A stretch of DNA of 64,000 bases from an uncultured Candidatus Saccharibacteria bacterium. GTDB lineage: Bacteria; Patescibacteriota; Saccharimonadia; Saccharimonadales; Saccharimonadaceae. The translations under genes were made by a program, and so were the position numbers. The stretch spans positions 139,790-203,789 of the forward strand of contig CAMJQQ010000001.1 of NCBI GenBank assembly GCA_946408075.1. Direction: 5' to 3'. The notes beneath the pieces were generated by a model. The model was not told the DNA's origin. It did not search any database and saw only the letters and a program-made list of their open reading frames with translations. Shown in pieces: positions 62,363-64,000 of this stretch (the first letter of the stretch is position 1; every line of letters starts with the position of its first letter).

Positions 62363-64000
62363 AGAAGCCGCCTTTCTTCATTAATTCCTGATGGTTTCCA
62401 CTTTCTATGATATCACCCTCGTTCATGACGAGAATCAGGTCGGCGTTACGAATCGTCGAGAGGCGGTGCGCAATAATGAACGACGTGCGTCCCTCCATGA
62501 GCTTATCCATCGCTGCTTGAACCAATTCCTCGGTACGCGTATCGACGTTCGAAGTTGCCTCATCAAGAATCAGAAACGGCGCATCTTCGACCATACCGCG
62601 CGCAATCGTCAGTAGCTGCTTCTGACCGGCCGAAATCGAATCATTCTCACTCAAATCCGTATCAAGCCCGTTCGGCAAAGTCTTCACGAAATGCGACAGG
62701 CCGACCGTCTTACAAATATCCATAATCTGTTTATCGCTCACGCCCTTGCGGTTGTAGACGATATTTTCGCGCAAAGTCCCGTCAAATAGCCAAGTGTCCT
62801 GTAAGACCATCGTAAACATCGAGTGGACCTTCTCGCGCGTCATCTGCTTGGTCGAAATGCCGTCGATGCGAATGTCGCCATCCTTGATATCGTAGAATTT
62901 CATCAGTAAATTCACCATCGTCGTCTTGCCGGCGCCGGTCGGGCCAACAATTGCAATCTTCTGACCCGCCTTCGCCTCGGCGCAGAAATCTTTAATCACA
63001 ATCTTTTTACTATCGTCGTAGCCGAAGCGCACATGATCAAAGACGATGTCGCCGCGGATTTTATCCTTATCGACTGTCGCGATCGCGCCTTCTTCGTCCA
63101 TCATTTCCGCTTCGTCAATAAACTCAAACACGCGTTCGCTCGCTGCTGCTGCCGACTGCAAGCTAGAAGTCGACTGCGCGATACGATTCAACGAAGAAGA
63201 GAAGCGCCGCGTATAGGTAATAAACGCCACAATTACGCCAAAGGTAATCGAGCCGCCCATCGCGAGTAGGGCGCCAACGATACAAACCGCCACGAAACCA
63301 AGGTTACCCACGAAAGCCATAATCGGATGCATGATGCCCGAAAGGAACTGGCTCTTCTGGTTCGCGGTATAGACCGACTTGTTGAGCTTGTCAAATTTCT
63401 TATCCGAAGTTTTCTTGCCGTTATAGGCTTTGACGACTAGCAGACCAGAGTAAACTTCCTCGATGTGCGAATTGAGCTTACCGAGCTCGCGCTGGCGCAT
63501 GCTGAAGTATTTCTGTGAATTACGCAAAATCAAACCCATAAATACGAGGCCGAACAGGCTTGAAAGAATCGCCGTCGCCGCCATCGTGAGGTTCGTAACG
63601 AGCATCATGACAACCGAACCAATCAACATCGCGAACTCGCTAATTACCGTCGAAAGTGACTGACTCATACTCATCGTGACCGTATCGACATCGTTCGTCA
63701 CGCGCGACAGCACGTCACCAGTCTGATTGTGGTCGAAATAACTGAGCGGCAAGCGATTAATCTTTCGCGAAATGCGCGCGCGAAGCTGCTGTGCGAACTT
63801 GTTCGAAGCGTCCGCCATGAGCAAACCTTCGAGAAATTCGAGCACGGCCGCCGAAATGTACATGATAATCAAAATCGTAATCAAGCGCCTAATCGCAGCC
63901 TTATCCATTTCTGGCTTAATGGCCTCCTGGACGCTCTCTGGCAACTCACCAAACGCGGCATACTTTTCTTCTTGGCTCGATTCGGCGCCGAGCTTACTCA
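62328..64000 (-). CDS. ABC exporter, fused TMD-NBD (MdlB/MsbA-like); 5' end outside the window
   Basis: Walker A GPTGAGKTT, signature ISAGQKQ and Walker B FLILDEATS are present. The reading frame stays open upstream of the track's TTG start to the window edge. Confidence 0.85.
   Translation of the reverse strand, partial: SKLGAESSQEEKYAAFGELPESVQEAIKPEMDKAAIRRLITILIIMYISAAVLEFLEGLLMADASNKFAQQLRARISRKINRLPLSYFDHNQTGDVLSRVTNDVDTVTMSMSQSLSTVISEFAMLIGSVVMMLVTNLTMAATAILSSLFGLVFMGLILRNSQKYFSMRQRELGKLNSHIEEVYSGLLVVKAYNGKKTSDKKFDKLNKSVYTANQKSQFLSGIMHPIMAFVGNLGFVAVCIVGALLAMGGSITFGVIVAFITYTRRFSSSLNRIAQSTSSLQSAAAASERVFEFIDEAEMMDEEGAIATVDKDKIRGDIVFDHVRFGYDDSKKIVIKDFCAEAKAGQKIAIVGPTGAGKTTMVNLLMKFYDIKDGDIRIDGISTKQMTREKVHSMFTMVLQDTWLFDGTLRENIVYNRKGVSDKQIMDICKTVGLSHFVKTLPNGLDTDLSENDSISAGQKQLLTIARGMVEDAPFLILDEATSNVDTRTEELVQAAMDKLMEGRTSFIIAHRLSTIRNADLILVMNEGDIIESGNHQELMKKGGFYAELYNSQFAL

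Noticed and set aside
1-64000. A search for CRISPR arrays, transposases, integrases, phage genes, DGR-type template/variable repeats, and classical defence or toxin-antitoxin pairs.
   Set aside because: I found no regularly spaced repeats, no recombinase, RT or nuclease-ATPase motifs, and no long direct or inverted repeats other than the conserved ends of the cassettes at 12.5-14.1 kb.

Overview
This is a 64-kb window from a compact, gene-dense bacterial chromosome with moderate GC and the standard genetic code (TGA is used as a stop). All homology calls come from motif recognition by eye; I could not run BLAST, HMM, Rfam or folding.

Content falls into three groups:
- Single-copy housekeeping genes: queH, L31 type B, gltX, serS, hpf, secA, dnaK with two CIRCE operators, rmuC, lepB, an htrA-like protease, rpsB-tsf, pheST, an FKBP PPIase and sbcB.
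- Envelope, carbohydrate and transport genes: a GT2 cellulose-synthase-like fragment, a GH3 NagZ-like enzyme, an OatA-like acyltransferase-SGNH, GH57 plus GT4, a Pta-like enzyme, a MIP channel, a CaCA antiporter and an ABC exporter.
- An unusually large share of membrane-anchored or secreted proteins of unknown function: a 1542-aa BspA-type LRR protein, a 709-aa repeat protein, and a tandem trio of paralogues with a Pro-rich tail, one TM helix and a beta-repeat ectodomain.

I recognised no rRNA, tRNA, CRISPR array, transposase or integrase. The gene content suggests a reduced-genome, Gram-positive-type, possibly episymbiotic lineage (Saccharibacteria/Patescibacteria-like), but that is inference only.

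The most interesting observations are:
1. Two tandem accessory cassettes (12.5-14.1 kb) whose 5' leaders and 3' ends are far better conserved than the four-TM proteins they encode. Both leaders carry the same hairpin.
2. A stand-alone 144-aa protein carrying the class III RNR (NrdD) glycyl-radical motif, behind a promoter with two NrdR-box-like palindromes 32 bp apart.
3. An 882-aa asparagine-synthetase-type amidotransferase fused to a CofE (F420 gamma-glutamyl ligase)-like domain.
4. The tandem trio of surface paralogues.
5. A pervasive leaderless-mRNA layout, with -10 boxes 6-10 nt from the ATG of at least 18 genes. A minority of SD-led genes contrasts with this.
6. An unannotated 52-aa hydrophobic peptide gene with its own promoter, the strongest SD in the window and a terminator.
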